Positions 1 through 11,080 are shown, counted from the first letter of the stretch. The stretch: 64,000 bases of DNA from Escherichia coli (GCF_041248615.1 NZ_CP158426.1), one strand, 5' to 3'. Program-made: numbers and translations. The notes: a model not told the origin generated them from the sequence alone.

Positions 1-249
1 GTTAAGCAGCTCTTCTTCCAGCACGTTTTCGCCGATAATCCCAAGGTCTACCACGCCGTCCATTACCAGACCGGGAATGTCGTCGTCACGCACGCGCAGA
101 ATATCAATCGGCATGTTTTCTGCCATCGCGATCAGGCGCTGGGTGTGAAGATTGATTTTAATGCCACAGCGCGCCAGCAATTCGCGTGAGTCATCACTTA
201 AACGGCCGGATTTCTGCATAGCTATGCGTAAACGAGTGTTGTCTGTCAT
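1..249 (-). CDS. hisG: ATP phosphoribosyltransferase HisG, N-terminal 83 codons; gene continues beyond window start
   Basis: Reverse-complement from 249 reads ATG ACA GAC AAC ACT CGT ([20 protein letters not shown]...), recognised as HisG N-terminus; lies downstream of hisL/attenuator. Confidence 0.9.
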
Positions 250-296
250 TTTCTTATTCCTCTTTAAACCTGTCTGAACCGTTATCAACAGCGCAA

Positions 297-330
297 TAAA
301 AAAGCCCCCGGAAGGTGATCTTCCGGGGGC
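297..330 (-). terminator. his operon attenuator (rho-independent terminator hairpin)
   Basis: GC-rich perfect stem gcccccggaag/cttccgggggc with 5-nt loop followed by T-run on minus strand, between hisL and hisG. Confidence 0.8.
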
Positions 331-394
331 TTTCTCATGCGTTCATGCACCACTGGAAGATCTGAATGTCTTCCAGCACACATCGCCTGAAAGA

Positions 395-445
395 CTAGTC
401 AGGATGATGGTGATGATGGTGGTGTTTAAATTGAACGCGTGTCAT
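395..445 (-). CDS. hisL: his operon leader peptide (MTRVQFKHHHHHHHPD)
   Basis: 16-codon ORF with 7 consecutive His codons immediately upstream of attenuator hairpin and hisG. Confidence 0.9.
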   Translation of the reverse strand: MTRVQFKHHHHHHHPD

Positions 446-694
446 AAAAGTCTCTGTGAATGTTTATTCAACTGATGTCTTTTAACCTAAACCACTTTCA
501 CGTTAGAAAGCAAGGGCTTTTTTATATATTTTATGGCGATGGATTTGTTTAATGAATGAGCGGGGAAAGGAGGGGGCTAAGAGGACTGTCCTCTAACCTG
601 ACGGCACCAAAAATAGCGAAGCCTGGATTTTCGTCTCACTGACAATATCTTGATCTACAAACTAATTAATAAATAGTTAATTAACGCCCATCAT

Positions 695-712
695 TGTACA
701 ATGAGCTGTACA
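695..712. promoter_or_regulatory. yefM-yoeB operator (paired TGTACA hexamers)
   Basis: tgtaca-atgagc-tgtaca 16-33 nt upstream of yefM start; TGTACA-core palindromes are the known YefM-YoeB autoregulatory sites. Confidence 0.6.
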
Positions 713-727
713 TAAGAGGAGATTGAT

Positions 728-979
728 ATGCGTACAATTAGCTACAGCGAAGCGCGTCAGAATTTGTCGGCAACAATGATGAAAGCCGTTGAAGATCATG
801 CCCCGATCCTTATTACTCGTCAGAATGGAGAGGCTTGTGTTCTGATGTCACTCGAAGAATACAACTCGCTGGAAGAGACGGCTTATCTACTGCGCTCCCC
901 CGCTAACGCCCGGAGATTGATGGACTCAATCGATAGCCTGAAATCAGGCAAAGGAACGGAAAAGGACATTATTGAGTGA
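728..979 (+). CDS. yefM: antitoxin YefM (type II TA)
   Basis: 83-aa [48 protein letters not shown]...; overlaps next gene by 4 nt. Confidence 0.92.
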
Positions 980-1230
980 AACTAATCTGGTCTGAGGAGT
1001 CATGGGATGATTATCTGTACTGGCAGGAAACAGATAAGCGAATTGTTAAAAAGATCATTGAACTTATCAAAGATACCCGCAGAACACCATTTGAAGGTAA
1101 GGGGAAGCCAGAACCCCTGAAGCATAATTTGTCAGGCTTCTGGTCCCGACGCATTACAGAGGAGCACCGTCTGGTATACGCGGTTACCGACGATTCACTG
1201 CTCATTGCAGCATGTCGTTATCATTATTGA
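976..1230 (+). CDS. yoeB: toxin YoeB (ribosome-dependent mRNA interferase)
   Basis: 84-aa ORF, GTG start overlapping yefM stop (GTGA); recognised YoeB sequence. Confidence 0.9.
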
Positions 1231-1312
1231 ACAGATTCATTCATAGAATGAATTGTCAGTTTTGATACGCTAGCGTAGCCTTATAGATCTAAGGTGTATC
1301 AGGAGATAACGG

Positions 1313-2137
1313 ATGAAAAAGGTCGCAATTGTCGGGTTAGGGTGGTTAGGCATGCCGCTGGCGATGTCACTTTCAGCGCGAGGCTGGCAAGTCACCGGGA
1401 GTAAAACCACGCAAGATGGTGTCGAAGCGGCCCGAATGAGTGGCATTGATAGTTATCTGCTTCGCATGGAGCCTGAGTTAGTTTGCGATTCTGACGATCT
1501 GGATGCCCTGATGGATACCGATGCGCTGGTCATTACGCTTCCGGCACGTCGTAGCGGCCCCGGCGATGAGTTCTATTTACAAGCGGTACAAGAGTTAGTG
1601 GATAGCGCGCTGGCCCATCGTATTCCCCGCATTATTTTCACCAGCTCAACATCTGTCTATGGCGATGCGCAAGGCACGGTGAAAGAAACTACCCCGCGTA
1701 ATCCGGTGACCAACAGTGGACGAGTATTAGAAGAGCTCGAAGACTGGCTGCACAATTTACCCGGTACTTCGGTCGATATTCTGCGTCTTGCGGGGCTGGT
1801 CGGACCGGGACGTCATCCCGGACGCTTCTTTGCCGGAAAAACCGCCCCTGATGGTGAACATGGTGTTAATTTAGTCCATTTAGAAGATGTTATTGGCGCT
1901 ATCACTCTGTTGTTACAGGCACCTAAAGGCGGACACATCTATAATATATGTGCGCCAGCTCACCCTGCGCGTAATGTTTTCTATCCGCAGATGGCCCGTT
2001 TACTGGGGCTGGAACCTCCGCAGTTCAGAAATAGTCTGGACAGCGGCAAAGGTAAGATTATTGATGGCAGTCGGATTTGTAATGAACTGGGATTTGAATA
2101 CCAGTATCCCGATCCGCTGGTAATGCCGCTGGAGTAA
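1313..2137 (+). CDS. yeeZ: NAD(P)-binding epimerase/dehydratase-family protein
   Basis: 274-aa ORF with N-terminal Rossmann motif VAIVGLGWLG; position next to yoeB as in E. coli. Confidence 0.85.
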   Translation: MKKVAIVGLGWLGMPLAMSLSARGWQVTGSKTTQDGVEAARMSGIDSYLLRMEPELVCDSDDLDALMDTDALVITLPARRSGPGDEFYLQAVQELVDSALAHRIPRIIFTSSTSVYGDAQGTVKETTPRNPVTNSGRVLEELEDWLHNLPGTSVDILRLAGLVGPGRHPGRFFAGKTAPDGEHGVNLVHLEDVIGAITLLLQAPKGGHIYNICAPAHPARNVFYPQMARLLGLEPPQFRNSLDSGKGKIIDGSRICNELGFEYQYPDPLVMPLE

Positions 2138-2182
2138 ACGATCACGCCAGCAGGACGCCGCATGCACTGCAAGGGGGCGTGT

Positions 2183-3112
2183 ATGAAACCACTGCTGGAT
2201 GTGTTGATGATCCTCGATGCCTTAGAAAAAGAAGGCAGTTTTGCGGCGGCGTCGGCCAAACTCTACAAGACGCCGTCCGCTCTGAGTTACACCGTTCACA
2301 AGTTGGAAAGCGACCTTAATATTCAATTGCTTGATCGTAGCGGACACCGCGCTAAATTCACCCGCACCGGAAAAATGTTATTAGAGAAAGGGCGGGAAGT
2401 TCTGCATACCGTGCGGGAACTGGAAAAGCAGGCGATCAAACTGCATGAAGGCTGGGAAAACGAGCTGGTGATTGGTGTGGACGACACCTTCCCTTTTTCT
2501 CTGCTTGCGCCACTCATTGAAGCTTTTTATCAACATCATAGTGTGACGCGCCTGAAGTTTATCAATGGCGTACTCGGTGGTTCCTGGGATGCCCTGACTC
2601 AGGGGCGAGCGGATATTATTGTTGGCGCGATGCATGAGCCACCATCTTCCAGTGAGTTTGGTTTTTCACGGTTGGGCGATCTGGAACAAGTCTTTGCGGT
2701 CGCGCCTCATCATCCGTTAGCCCTGGAAGAAGAACCGTTAAACCGTCGTATCATTAAGCGATATCGGGCGATTGTGGTGGGGGACACTGCGCAGGCCGGC
2801 GCTTCTACGGCCTCACAACTTCTCGACGAACAAGAAGCCATTACCGTTTTCGATTTTAAAACCAAGCTGGAGCTGCAAATTAGCGGCCTCGGCTGCGGCT
2901 ATTTACCCCGTTATCTGGCGCAACGTTTTCTCGATAGTGGCGCGTTAATCGAGAAGAAAGTGGTCGCCCAAACTCTCTTTGAACCCGTCTGGATTGGCTG
3001 GAACGAACAGACCGCAGGACTTGCCAGTGGCTGGTGGCGGGATGAAATTTTAGCAAATAGTGCGATCGCCGGTGTTTATGCAAAATCTGATGACGGAAAA
3101 TCAGCCATTTAA
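2183..3112 (+). CDS. yeeY: LysR-family transcriptional regulator
   Basis: 309 codons from internal ATG at 2183 (ORF track starts 2162); N-terminal HTH region typical of LysR family. Confidence 0.85.
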   Translation: MKPLLDVLMILDALEKEGSFAAASAKLYKTPSALSYTVHKLESDLNIQLLDRSGHRAKFTRTGKMLLEKGREVLHTVRELEKQAIKLHEGWENELVIGVDDTFPFSLLAPLIEAFYQHHSVTRLKFINGVLGGSWDALTQGRADIIVGAMHEPPSSSEFGFSRLGDLEQVFAVAPHHPLALEEEPLNRRIIKRYRAIVVGDTAQAGASTASQLLDEQEAITVFDFKTKLELQISGLGCGYLPRYLAQRFLDSGALIEKKVVAQTLFEPVWIGWNEQTAGLASGWWRDEILANSAIAGVYAKSDDGKSAI

Positions 3113-3195
3113 AGAAAAATTATTATGACAAGCCTCTCATTCTCTTGTCATTTCCCCCCCATTTAGGCACAATGCGCCGCTGTCAAAAAATGACT

Positions 3196-3231
3196 AAAAA
3201 CCGACGTTTCATCAGCGTCGGTTATTTTTTG
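3196..3231 (+). terminator. rho-independent terminator after yeeY
   Basis: ccgacg-tttcatcag-cgtcgg hairpin followed by ttattttttg. Confidence 0.6.
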
Positions 3232-3378
3232 CTTCAAACCAATCATTCATACCAAGAGGCCGGGCTTCGTACCGGATAGATATTTACTAAAAATCGACAG
3301 TTGTTGTCGCTGAGGAATCCAAAAAAATGGGGCAATTTTTTGCTTACGCGACGGTTATCACCGTAAAGGAGAATGACC

Positions 3379-4737
3379 ATGTCGCATAACGTTACTCCAA
3401 ACACCTCTCGCGTGGAATTGCGTAAAACGCTTACGTTAGTTCCGGTTGTAATGATGGGTCTTGCCTATATGCAGCCGATGACGCTGTTTGATACTTTTGG
3501 TATCGTTTCAGGCCTCACGGATGGTCATGTGCCGACAGCCTATGCGTTCGCATTGATTGCGATCCTGTTTACGGCTCTGAGCTACGGGAAGCTGGTTCGC
3601 CGCTATCCTTCTGCTGGCTCTGCATACACTTACGCCCAGAAATCCATTAGCCCGACTGTCGGCTTTATGGTGGGTTGGTCTTCTCTGCTCGACTATCTGT
3701 TCGCGCCGATGATCAACATTCTGCTGGCGAAAATCTATTTTGAAGCTCTGGTGCCTTCCATTCCATCGTGGATGTTTGTGGTGGCGCTGGTGGCCTTTAT
3801 GACCGCCTTTAACCTGCGTAGTCTGAAATCCGTAGCGAACTTCAACACTGTAATCGTCGTGTTGCAGGTAGTGCTGATCGCGGTGATCCTGGGCATGGTT
3901 GTTTATGGCGTATTTGAAGGTGAAGGCGCGGGTACGCTGGCGAGCACTCGTCCGTTCTGGTCTGGCGATGCGCATGTTATCCCGATGATTACCGGGGCGA
4001 CAATCCTGTGCTTCTCCTTTACCGGCTTTGACGGCATCAGCAACCTGTCGGAAGAAACCAAAGATGCAGAGCGCGTGATCCCGCGTGCGATTTTCCTGAC
4101 CGCGCTGATCGGCGGCATGATCTTCATCTTTGCAACTTACTTCCTGCAACTGTATTTCCCGGATATCTCTCGCTTTAAAGATCCGGATGCGTCACAGCCT
4201 GAAATCATGCTGTACGTTGCGGGTAAAGCGTTCCAGGTTGGCGCGCTGATCTTCTCCACCATTACCGTACTGGCGTCCGGTATGGCGGCGCACGCAGGCG
4301 TAGCGCGTCTGATGTACGTAATGGGGCGTGATGGCGTGTTCCCGAAAAGCTTCTTCGGTTATGTACACCCGAAATGGCGTACTCCGGCGATGAACATCAT
4401 CCTGGTTGGCGCGATTGCTCTGCTGGCAATCAACTTCGACCTGGTAATGGCTACGGCGCTGATTAACTTTGGTGCGCTGGTGGCGTTCACCTTCGTTAAC
4501 CTGTCGGTTATTTCGCAGTTCTGGATTCGTGAGAAGCGTAACAAGACGCTGAAAGATCACTTCCAGTATCTGTTCCTGCCGATGTGTGGTGCGCTGACCG
4601 TTGGTGCGCTGTGGGTTAACCTGGAAGAAAGCTCAATGGTTCTGGGTCTGATCTGGGCGGCTATCGGTCTGATTTACCTGGCTTGCGTCACCAAGAGCTT
4701 CCGTAATCCGGTTCCGCAGTACGAAGACGTAGCATAA
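3379..4737 (+). CDS. plaP: putrescine importer (APC-family amino acid/polyamine permease)
   Basis: 452-aa multi-TM protein starting [16 protein letters not shown] (second ATG of ORF 3373); conserved position. Confidence 0.88.
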   Translation: MSHNVTPNTSRVELRKTLTLVPVVMMGLAYMQPMTLFDTFGIVSGLTDGHVPTAYAFALIAILFTALSYGKLVRRYPSAGSAYTYAQKSISPTVGFMVGWSSLLDYLFAPMINILLAKIYFEALVPSIPSWMFVVALVAFMTAFNLRSLKSVANFNTVIVVLQVVLIAVILGMVVYGVFEGEGAGTLASTRPFWSGDAHVIPMITGATILCFSFTGFDGISNLSEETKDAERVIPRAIFLTALIGGMIFIFATYFLQLYFPDISRFKDPDASQPEIMLYVAGKAFQVGALIFSTITVLASGMAAHAGVARLMYVMGRDGVFPKSFFGYVHPKWRTPAMNIILVGAIALLAINFDLVMATALINFGALVAFTFVNLSVISQFWIREKRNKTLKDHFQYLFLPMCGALTVGALWVNLEESSMVLGLIWAAIGLIYLACVTKSFRNPVPQYEDVA

Positions 4738-4754
4738 TCATCTTTTCTAATAAT

Positions 4755-4792
4755 AAACCGGAGTCGAATGAATATTTGGCTCCGGTTTTTTT
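4755..4792 (+). terminator. rho-independent terminator after plaP
   Basis: aaaccggagtc...ggctccggttttttt hairpin plus T-run. Confidence 0.6.
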
Positions 4793-4915
4793 ATTCTTTT
4801 TTATCGACATCCTCATTGATAACCATTTGTTCTAATTTAGAGAATTTGGTTATTGGTCTGCATTCCACCAGTCATGAATAATTTCCCCATTAACATTCAT
4901 CTGGTTAATTAATTT

Positions 4916-5974
4916 ATGTTTTCAATGATATTAAGCGGGCTAATTTGTGGTGCTCTGCTGGGATTTGTCATGCAGCGTGGGCGTTTTTGCCTGACAGGTG
5001 GTTTTCGCGATATGTATATCGCGAAAAATAATCGCATGTTTTACGCCTTGCTGATTGCAATTTCGGTACAAAGCGTGGGGGTTTTTGCGTTAATTCAGGC
5101 GGGCCTACTGACTTACGAAGCCGGGGCGTTCCCGTGGCTTGGTACTGTTATAGGTGGGTATCTTTTCGGGCTGGGAATTGTTCTGGCGGGTGGATGTGCC
5201 ACCGGGACCTGGTATCGCGCGGGTGAGGGATTGATCGGCAGTTGGATCGCGCTTTTCACTTATATGGTGATGAGTGCGGTGATGCGTTCTCCACACGCCA
5301 GTGGTTTAAATCAAACCTTGCAGCACTACAGTACTGAACATAACTCTATTGCTGAGACTTTTAATTTGTCTGTGTGGCCGTTGGTTGCCGTTTTGCTGGT
5401 GATAACGCTCTGGGTAGTGATGAAAGAGTTGAAGAAACCAAAATTAAAAGTCGCGACCTTACCACCGCGCCGTACCGGGATCGCTCATATTCTGTTTGAA
5501 AAACGCTGGCATCCCTTTGTCACTGCTGTACTCATCGGTTTGATTGCGCTTTTAGCCTGGCCCCTGAGTGAAGCAACCGGACGCATGTTTGGGTTAGGAA
5601 TCACTTCCCCAACGGCCAATATTCTGCAATTTCTGGTCGCGGGTGACGTGAAATACATTAACTGGGGCGTTTTCCTGGTGTTAGGGATCTTCGTGGGGTC
5701 ATTTATTGCCGCCAAAGCGAGCCGTGAGTTCCGCGTTCGCGCTGCTGATGCACAAACAACATTACGTAGCGGGTTAGGTGGTGTACTGATGGGCTTCGGT
5801 GCCAGCATTGCAGGTGGTTGCTCTATCGGTAATGGACTGGTCATGACTGCAATGATGACCTGGCAGGGCTGGATTGGCCTTGTATTTATGATTCTCGGAG
5901 TCTGGACTGCGTCCTGGCTTGTGTATGTTCGACCGCAGCGTAAGGCGCGACTGGCAACTGCTGCGGCAAATTAA
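4916..5974 (+). CDS. yeeE: YeeE/YedE-family inner membrane transporter (thiosulfate uptake TsuA-like)
   Basis: 352-aa hydrophobic protein with two conserved Cys-containing motifs (GGCATG, GGCSIG); followed by TusA-like gene. Confidence 0.85.
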   Translation: MFSMILSGLICGALLGFVMQRGRFCLTGGFRDMYIAKNNRMFYALLIAISVQSVGVFALIQAGLLTYEAGAFPWLGTVIGGYLFGLGIVLAGGCATGTWYRAGEGLIGSWIALFTYMVMSAVMRSPHASGLNQTLQHYSTEHNSIAETFNLSVWPLVAVLLVITLWVVMKELKKPKLKVATLPPRRTGIAHILFEKRWHPFVTAVLIGLIALLAWPLSEATGRMFGLGITSPTANILQFLVAGDVKYINWGVFLVLGIFVGSFIAAKASREFRVRAADAQTTLRSGLGGVLMGFGASIAGGCSIGNGLVMTAMMTWQGWIGLVFMILGVWTASWLVYVRPQRKARLATAAAN

Positions 5975-5987
5975 GTAAGGTGTAAAG

Positions 5988-6215
5988 ATGGCGATTAAAA
6001 AGCTGGATGTGGTGACGCAGGTCTGTCCGTTTCCACTCATAGAAGCAAAAGCAGCACTGGCAGAAATGGCCAGCGGCGATGAGTTGGTAATTGAGTTTGA
6101 TTGCACCCAGGCAACTGAAGCAATCCCACAGTGGGCGGCAGAAGAAGGGCATGCCATCACCGATTATCAGCAGATTGGCGATGCAGCGTGGAGCATCACC
6201 GTTCAAAAAGCCTGA
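5988..6215 (+). CDS. yeeD: TusA-like sulfur carrier protein
   Basis: 75-aa ORF with CPFP motif (VCPFPLIEAK) characteristic of TusA family. Confidence 0.88.
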   Translation: MAIKKLDVVTQVCPFPLIEAKAALAEMASGDELVIEFDCTQATEAIPQWAAEEGHAITDYQQIGDAAWSITVQKA

Positions 6216-6227
6216 CTCAAAATTGTC

Positions 6228-6255
6228 CTCCGCCGTACTAGCGGCGGAGGCTTCA
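6228..6255. terminator. bidirectional terminator between convergent yeeD and sbcB
   Basis: cctccgccg-tactag-cggcggagg perfect hairpin. Confidence 0.55.
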
Positions 6256-6257
6256 CA

Positions 6258-7685
6258 TTAGACAATCTCTTCCGCGTACTGCCAAAGCGCTTTTAACAGC
6301 GCCACTTTTTCTTTATCGTCGGCATACTGCTGCGCCAGCATCTGAATCTCTTCTGCATAACCCTGCAAAAACTCTGGCGCGAAGACCTGGCGGCGGTGCT
6401 CCAGCCAGCGTTGCTGCTCGGCATAATCCAGCGTCCCCGGGAAGTTGCGCGCCCGATAATTGAACAACAGCTTTTCAATTCGTTTATCAACAAAAGTGAT
6501 ATCCAGTGCCGGTAAATTACGCGGCTCGGTTTCAAGCACAATTTTCATTGCTGCGCGATCGGCGTCACTGAAAAAGCCATTATAAAGCTGTGCATCCACG
6601 TTATCTGAAGGCGTAAACGGTTCGGCTTCCGCGAATATCGCCACCACTTTTTCACGCACTTGCGGATTTTCACGCAGAATTTTCAGGTTATCGAGGCAAT
6701 GCTGACGATTAATTCCCAGTCGGTCGGCATCTTCCGGGCGTAGCGTATTCGCCTGGGCCAGCACCGGACATTTATTGATATGCACCAGTTTAACCGGAAC
6801 GGCGGCGTTATCGCCAAGATCGGCTTTTGCGGTATATAGACGCTCGCGCAATGTGTCGCTATCCAGTTCCAGTAATGGCGAAATGTCTCCTGCCAAATCC
6901 ACCATAATTACGGCATTGCGATTTTCAGGATGCCACGCCAGCGGTGCCACCCAGCTGGTATTGCCGCGCCATGCCCCAAACATTCCGGAAACGTGAACCA
7001 GGGGTTTCATCTGCGGAACATCAATCAACGCCATCAGTTTGTGTTTATTACGATGGGTAAAGAGATAATCAAACAGGCGTGGCTGACGCGTTTTTACCAG
7101 TTTCGCCATCGCAATAGTGGCGTACACATCAGCCATCGCATCGTGGGCGTTGCTATGTTCAATACCATTCGCTTTGGTTAAATGCTCAAGGCGAAAGCTC
7201 GGTAGACCGTCATCATTTTCAGGCCAGTTTATTCCTTCCGGGCGCAGGGCATAACAGGCACGCATAACATCCAGTAAATCCCAGCGTGAGTTATCATGCT
7301 GCCAGCTCCAGGCGTAAGGATCGTAGAAATTACGATAAAAAACGTTGCGTGTGACTTCATCGTCGAAACGCACATTGTTGTAGCCCAGAATACAGGTCTT
7401 CGGTACGGTAAAAAGCGAGTGAATACGGGCGGCAAATGCGGCTTCGTTTTCTCCTTTCGCCCGAGCTTCCTGCGGGGTAATACCGGTAATTAATACGGCT
7501 CCAGGCTGGGGTAAATAGTCATCCGCGGGCTTGCAGTAAAAGACTTCGGGTTCGCCGATGACATTGAATTCGCTATCGGTGCGAATGGCTGCGAACTGTG
7601 CAGGGCGATCTAACGCGGGGTGCGTGCCAAAGGTTTCGTAATCGTGAAACAAAAAGGTAGATTGTTGCTTACCGTCATTCATCAT
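6258..7685 (-). CDS. sbcB: exodeoxyribonuclease I
   Basis: 475 codons from MMNDGKQQSTFLFHDYETFG (DnaQ-like exonuclease motif); ORF track has 16-codon upstream extension. Confidence 0.92.
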   Translation of the reverse strand: MMNDGKQQSTFLFHDYETFGTHPALDRPAQFAAIRTDSEFNVIGEPEVFYCKPADDYLPQPGAVLITGITPQEARAKGENEAAFAARIHSLFTVPKTCILGYNNVRFDDEVTRNVFYRNFYDPYAWSWQHDNSRWDLLDVMRACYALRPEGINWPENDDGLPSFRLEHLTKANGIEHSNAHDAMADVYATIAMAKLVKTRQPRLFDYLFTHRNKHKLMALIDVPQMKPLVHVSGMFGAWRGNTSWVAPLAWHPENRNAVIMVDLAGDISPLLELDSDTLRERLYTAKADLGDNAAVPVKLVHINKCPVLAQANTLRPEDADRLGINRQHCLDNLKILRENPQVREKVVAIFAEAEPFTPSDNVDAQLYNGFFSDADRAAMKIVLETEPRNLPALDITFVDKRIEKLLFNYRARNFPGTLDYAEQQRWLEHRRQVFAPEFLQGYAEEIQMLAQQYADDKEKVALLKALWQYAEEIV

Positions 7686-7887
7686 TAGGTTAAATCCGTT
7701 ATTTCTGCTGTCTGCCAGAGTATCAAATATCACCGTGCTAATCAGCTTTAGCGCAACAATTTGACAGCGAGTGGCAACAGATCATGTCAGATAAAAATGC
7801 GAGGGTAGTCACATTTTCTTGCACTTTATTCCAGCCAGTTCATAAGTATTTCCGTAAAAAGAACAGCTATTTGAAACTCCTGAGGGT

Positions 7888-9060
7888 TTGCTGTTGAAAC
7901 GCCGTCTTATTATTGCTGCTTCTTTGTTCGTTTTTAACTTATCGTCTGGTTTTGCGGCGGAAAACATTCCTTTTTCACCTCAGCCTCCAGAGATTCATGC
8001 CGGCTCCTGGGTATTGATGGATTACACCACCGGTCAGATCCTCACCGCGGGTAATGAGCATCAACAGCGCAATCCCGCCAGCCTGACAAAGCTGATGACG
8101 GGCTATGTCGTGGATCGCGCTATCGATAGTCATCGCATTACGCCAGACGATATTGTCACCGTGGGGCGCGATGCGTGGGCGAAAGATAATCCAGTGTTTG
8201 TCGGTTCTTCACTGATGTTTTTGAAAGAGGGCGATCGCGTATCGGTACGTGATTTAAGCCGTGGTTTAATTGTGGATTCCGGAAATGATGCTTGTGTTGC
8301 TCTGGCTGACTATATTGCCGGTGGGCAACGGCAGTTTGTTGAAATGATGAACAACTATGCCGGGAAGCTGCATCTCAAGGATACGCATTTTGAAACAGTG
8401 CATGGTCTGGATGCACCTGGCCAGCATAGCTCGGCTTATGATTTAGCCGTGCTTTCTCGCGCTATCATCCACGGCGAGCCCGAGTTTTATCATATGTACA
8501 GTGAGAAAAGCCTCACCTGGAACGGTATCACTCAGCAAAACCGTAACGGGTTATTGTGGGATAAAACCATGAATGTTGACGGCCTGAAAACGGGTCATAC
8601 TTCTGGTGCCGGGTTTAATCTCATTGCTTCGGCTGTGGATGGGCAGCGTCGTCTCATTGCAGTGGTAATGGGGGCTGACAGTGCAAAAGGTCGTGAGGAA
8701 GAGGCAAGAAAATTACTGCGTTGGGGGCAACAAAACTTTACTACGGTGCAAATTTTGCACCGTGGGAAAAAGGTCGGAACGGAACGCATCTGGTATGGCG
8801 ATAAAGAAAATATCGCCCTGGGAACGGAACAAGAGTTCTGGATGGTGCTACCGAAAGCCGAAATTCCACATATCAAAGCCAAATATACCCTTGATGGTAA
8901 AGAACTCACCGCGCCAATTAGCGCCCATCAGCGGGTAGGGGAAATTGAACTTTACGACCGTGATAAACAGGTGGCGCACTGGCCGCTGGTTACCCTGGAA
9001 TCTGTCGGGGAAGGCAGCATGTTTTCTCGCCTGAGTGATTATTTCCACCATAAGGCCTGA
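7888..9060 (+). CDS. dacD: D-alanyl-D-alanine carboxypeptidase (PBP6b)
   Basis: 390 codons, TTG start; signal peptide then SLTK active-site serine motif (NPASLTKLMT) and SGN, KTG motifs. Confidence 0.9.
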   Translation: MLLKRRLIIAASLFVFNLSSGFAAENIPFSPQPPEIHAGSWVLMDYTTGQILTAGNEHQQRNPASLTKLMTGYVVDRAIDSHRITPDDIVTVGRDAWAKDNPVFVGSSLMFLKEGDRVSVRDLSRGLIVDSGNDACVALADYIAGGQRQFVEMMNNYAGKLHLKDTHFETVHGLDAPGQHSSAYDLAVLSRAIIHGEPEFYHMYSEKSLTWNGITQQNRNGLLWDKTMNVDGLKTGHTSGAGFNLIASAVDGQRRLIAVVMGADSAKGREEEARKLLRWGQQNFTTVQILHRGKKVGTERIWYGDKENIALGTEQEFWMVLPKAEIPHIKAKYTLDGKELTAPISAHQRVGEIELYDRDKQVAHWPLVTLESVGEGSMFSRLSDYFHHKA

Positions 9061-9146
9061 CCTTTCTTTTGCAGCAGACTGGCAGGAGTGCGAGTCTGCT
9101 CGCATAATCAACACTCATTCCTTGTGGTTTTAATATTGCAACTATA

Positions 9147-9162
9147 CTGTATATAAAAACAG
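9147..9162. promoter_or_regulatory. LexA (SOS) box upstream of sbmC
   Basis: ctgtatataaaaacag matches CTGT-N8-ACAG consensus, 17 nt upstream of sbmC start. Confidence 0.75.
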
Positions 9163-9178
9163 TATTAATGGAGGCGTC

Positions 9179-9652
9179 ATGAACTACGAGATTAAGCAGG
9201 AAGATAAACGTACCGTTGCAGGTTTCCATCTCGTTGGCCCGTGGGAACAGACGGTAAAGAAAGGCTTTGAGCAGTTGATGATGTGGGTAGATAGCAAAAA
9301 TATTGTGCCGAAGGAGTGGGTTGCTGTCTATTACGACAATCCAGATGAAACACCCGCCGAAAAATTACGCTGCGACACCGTCGTGACGGTACCGAATAAC
9401 TTTACGCTCCCCGAAAACAGTGAGGGCGTCATTCTGACAGAAATTTCAGGTGGTCAGTATGCGGTGGCGGTGGCTCGTGTAGTCGGTGATGATTTTGCTA
9501 AACCCTGGTATCAGTTCTTTAATAGCCTCTTGCAAGACAGTGCTTATGAAATGTTACCAAAGCCCTGTTTTGAGGTTTATTTGAACAATGGCGCGGAAGA
9601 TGGGTACTGGGATATCGAAATGTATGTTGCGGTGCAGCCAAAACATCACTAA
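9179..9652 (+). CDS. sbmC: DNA gyrase inhibitor SbmC (GyrI)
   Basis: 157-aa [27 protein letters not shown]...; LexA box upstream. Confidence 0.9.
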   Translation: MNYEIKQEDKRTVAGFHLVGPWEQTVKKGFEQLMMWVDSKNIVPKEWVAVYYDNPDETPAEKLRCDTVVTVPNNFTLPENSEGVILTEISGGQYAVAVARVVGDDFAKPWYQFFNSLLQDSAYEMLPKPCFEVYLNNGAEDGYWDIEMYVAVQPKHH

Positions 9653-9850
9653 TTCATCTCAGGGCGGTGTGTTGACGCGAAGACCACTCTTTTTTTTGAA
9701 AGCGAAAAGAGTAAGATGCGCCTTTCAATTTTTTCGCTCCTGCCGGGAAATTACACTGTTCCCGGTTTGTCCGTCGGATAATTCAGAGGCGCGCCTTCTG
9801 GCCGACAGATGAGTTATGAGCGCTTTTAATCTTCATTACGGAGTTTCTGC

Positions 9851-10909
9851 GTGCGTGCCGATAAGTCATTAAGCCCGTTTGAAATCCGGGTATACCGCCA
9901 TTACCGCATTGTGCATGGTACTCGGGTCGCGCTGGCATTCCTGCTCACTTTTCTCATTATCCGCCTGTTTACTATCCCGGAAAGCACCTGGCCGCTGGTC
10001 ACCATGGTGGTGATTATGGGGCCAATCTCGTTCTGGGGTAACGTTGTCCCTCGTGCCTTCGAACGTATTGGCGGTACGGTGTTGGGGTCGATTTTAGGTC
10101 TTATCGCTCTGCAACTGGAGTTAATCTCGTTACCGCTGATGTTAGTCTGGTGCGCGGCGGCGATGTTTCTTTGCGGTTGGCTGGCGCTGGGCAAGAAACC
10201 GTATCAAGGTTTATTGATTGGGGTGACGCTGGCAATTGTTGTTGGTTCCCCGACAGGTGAAATTGATACGGCGTTATGGCGAAGCGGCGATGTGATCCTC
10301 GGCTCTTTACTGGCAATGTTGTTTACCGGTATCTGGCCACAACGAGCGTTCATCCACTGGCGCATTCAACTGGCAAAAAGTCTGACCGAGTATAATCGGG
10401 TCTATCAATCTGCATTCTCACCGAACTTACTCGAACGCCCACGTCTGGAAAGCCATCTACAAAAACTCCTGACCGATGCCGTGAAAATGCGTGGGCTGAT
10501 TGCGCCCGCCAGCAAAGAAACCCGTATTCCAAAATCGATATATGAAGGTATCCAGACCATTAATCGCAATCTGGTTTGTATGCTGGAGTTGCAAATCAAT
10601 GCATACTGGGCCACGCGCCCCAGCCATTTCGTATTATTGAACGCGCAAAAACTGCGTGATACCCAGCATATGATGCAGCAAATACTGCTGAGCCTTGTTC
10701 ATGCGCTATACGAAGGTAATCCGCAGCCGGTTTTTGCCAATACGGAAAAATTGAACGATGCTGTGGAAGAGCTGCGTCAGTTGCTGAATAACCACCATGA
10801 CCTGAAGGTTGTGGAAACACCAATCTATGGTTATGTGTGGCTGAACATGGAAACGGCACATCAGCTTGAGTTGCTATCGAATCTGATTTGCCGGGCCTTG
10901 CGCAAATAA
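9851..10909 (+). CDS. yeeA: inner membrane protein YeeA (FUSC/aromatic acid exporter-like family)
   Basis: 352-aa ORF, GTG start, N-terminal half hydrophobic; conserved position between sbmC and yeeX. Confidence 0.8.
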   Translation: MRADKSLSPFEIRVYRHYRIVHGTRVALAFLLTFLIIRLFTIPESTWPLVTMVVIMGPISFWGNVVPRAFERIGGTVLGSILGLIALQLELISLPLMLVWCAAAMFLCGWLALGKKPYQGLLIGVTLAIVVGSPTGEIDTALWRSGDVILGSLLAMLFTGIWPQRAFIHWRIQLAKSLTEYNRVYQSAFSPNLLERPRLESHLQKLLTDAVKMRGLIAPASKETRIPKSIYEGIQTINRNLVCMLELQINAYWATRPSHFVLLNAQKLRDTQHMMQQILLSLVHALYEGNPQPVFANTEKLNDAVEELRQLLNNHHDLKVVETPIYGYVWLNMETAHQLELLSNLICRALRK

Positions 10910-11080
10910 TTCCTGAACTTCAGAATCATCTTGCTGCTGCTTCGATTCAGCAAGGATAAAGGGTATGATAGTGAAAAGGGATAAAAGCATTGTCATCTGC
11001 GGCAGCTATGAGTAATGTTGGCCCTAACGAATAGCGGTTGCTTAAACGAATCCGACTCTCACATTATCAGGGGTATAAAA

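Noticed and set aside
3508-4149. 213-codon ORF antisense to plaP
   Set aside because: Overlaps a well-supported transporter gene on the opposite strand; no supporting signals.
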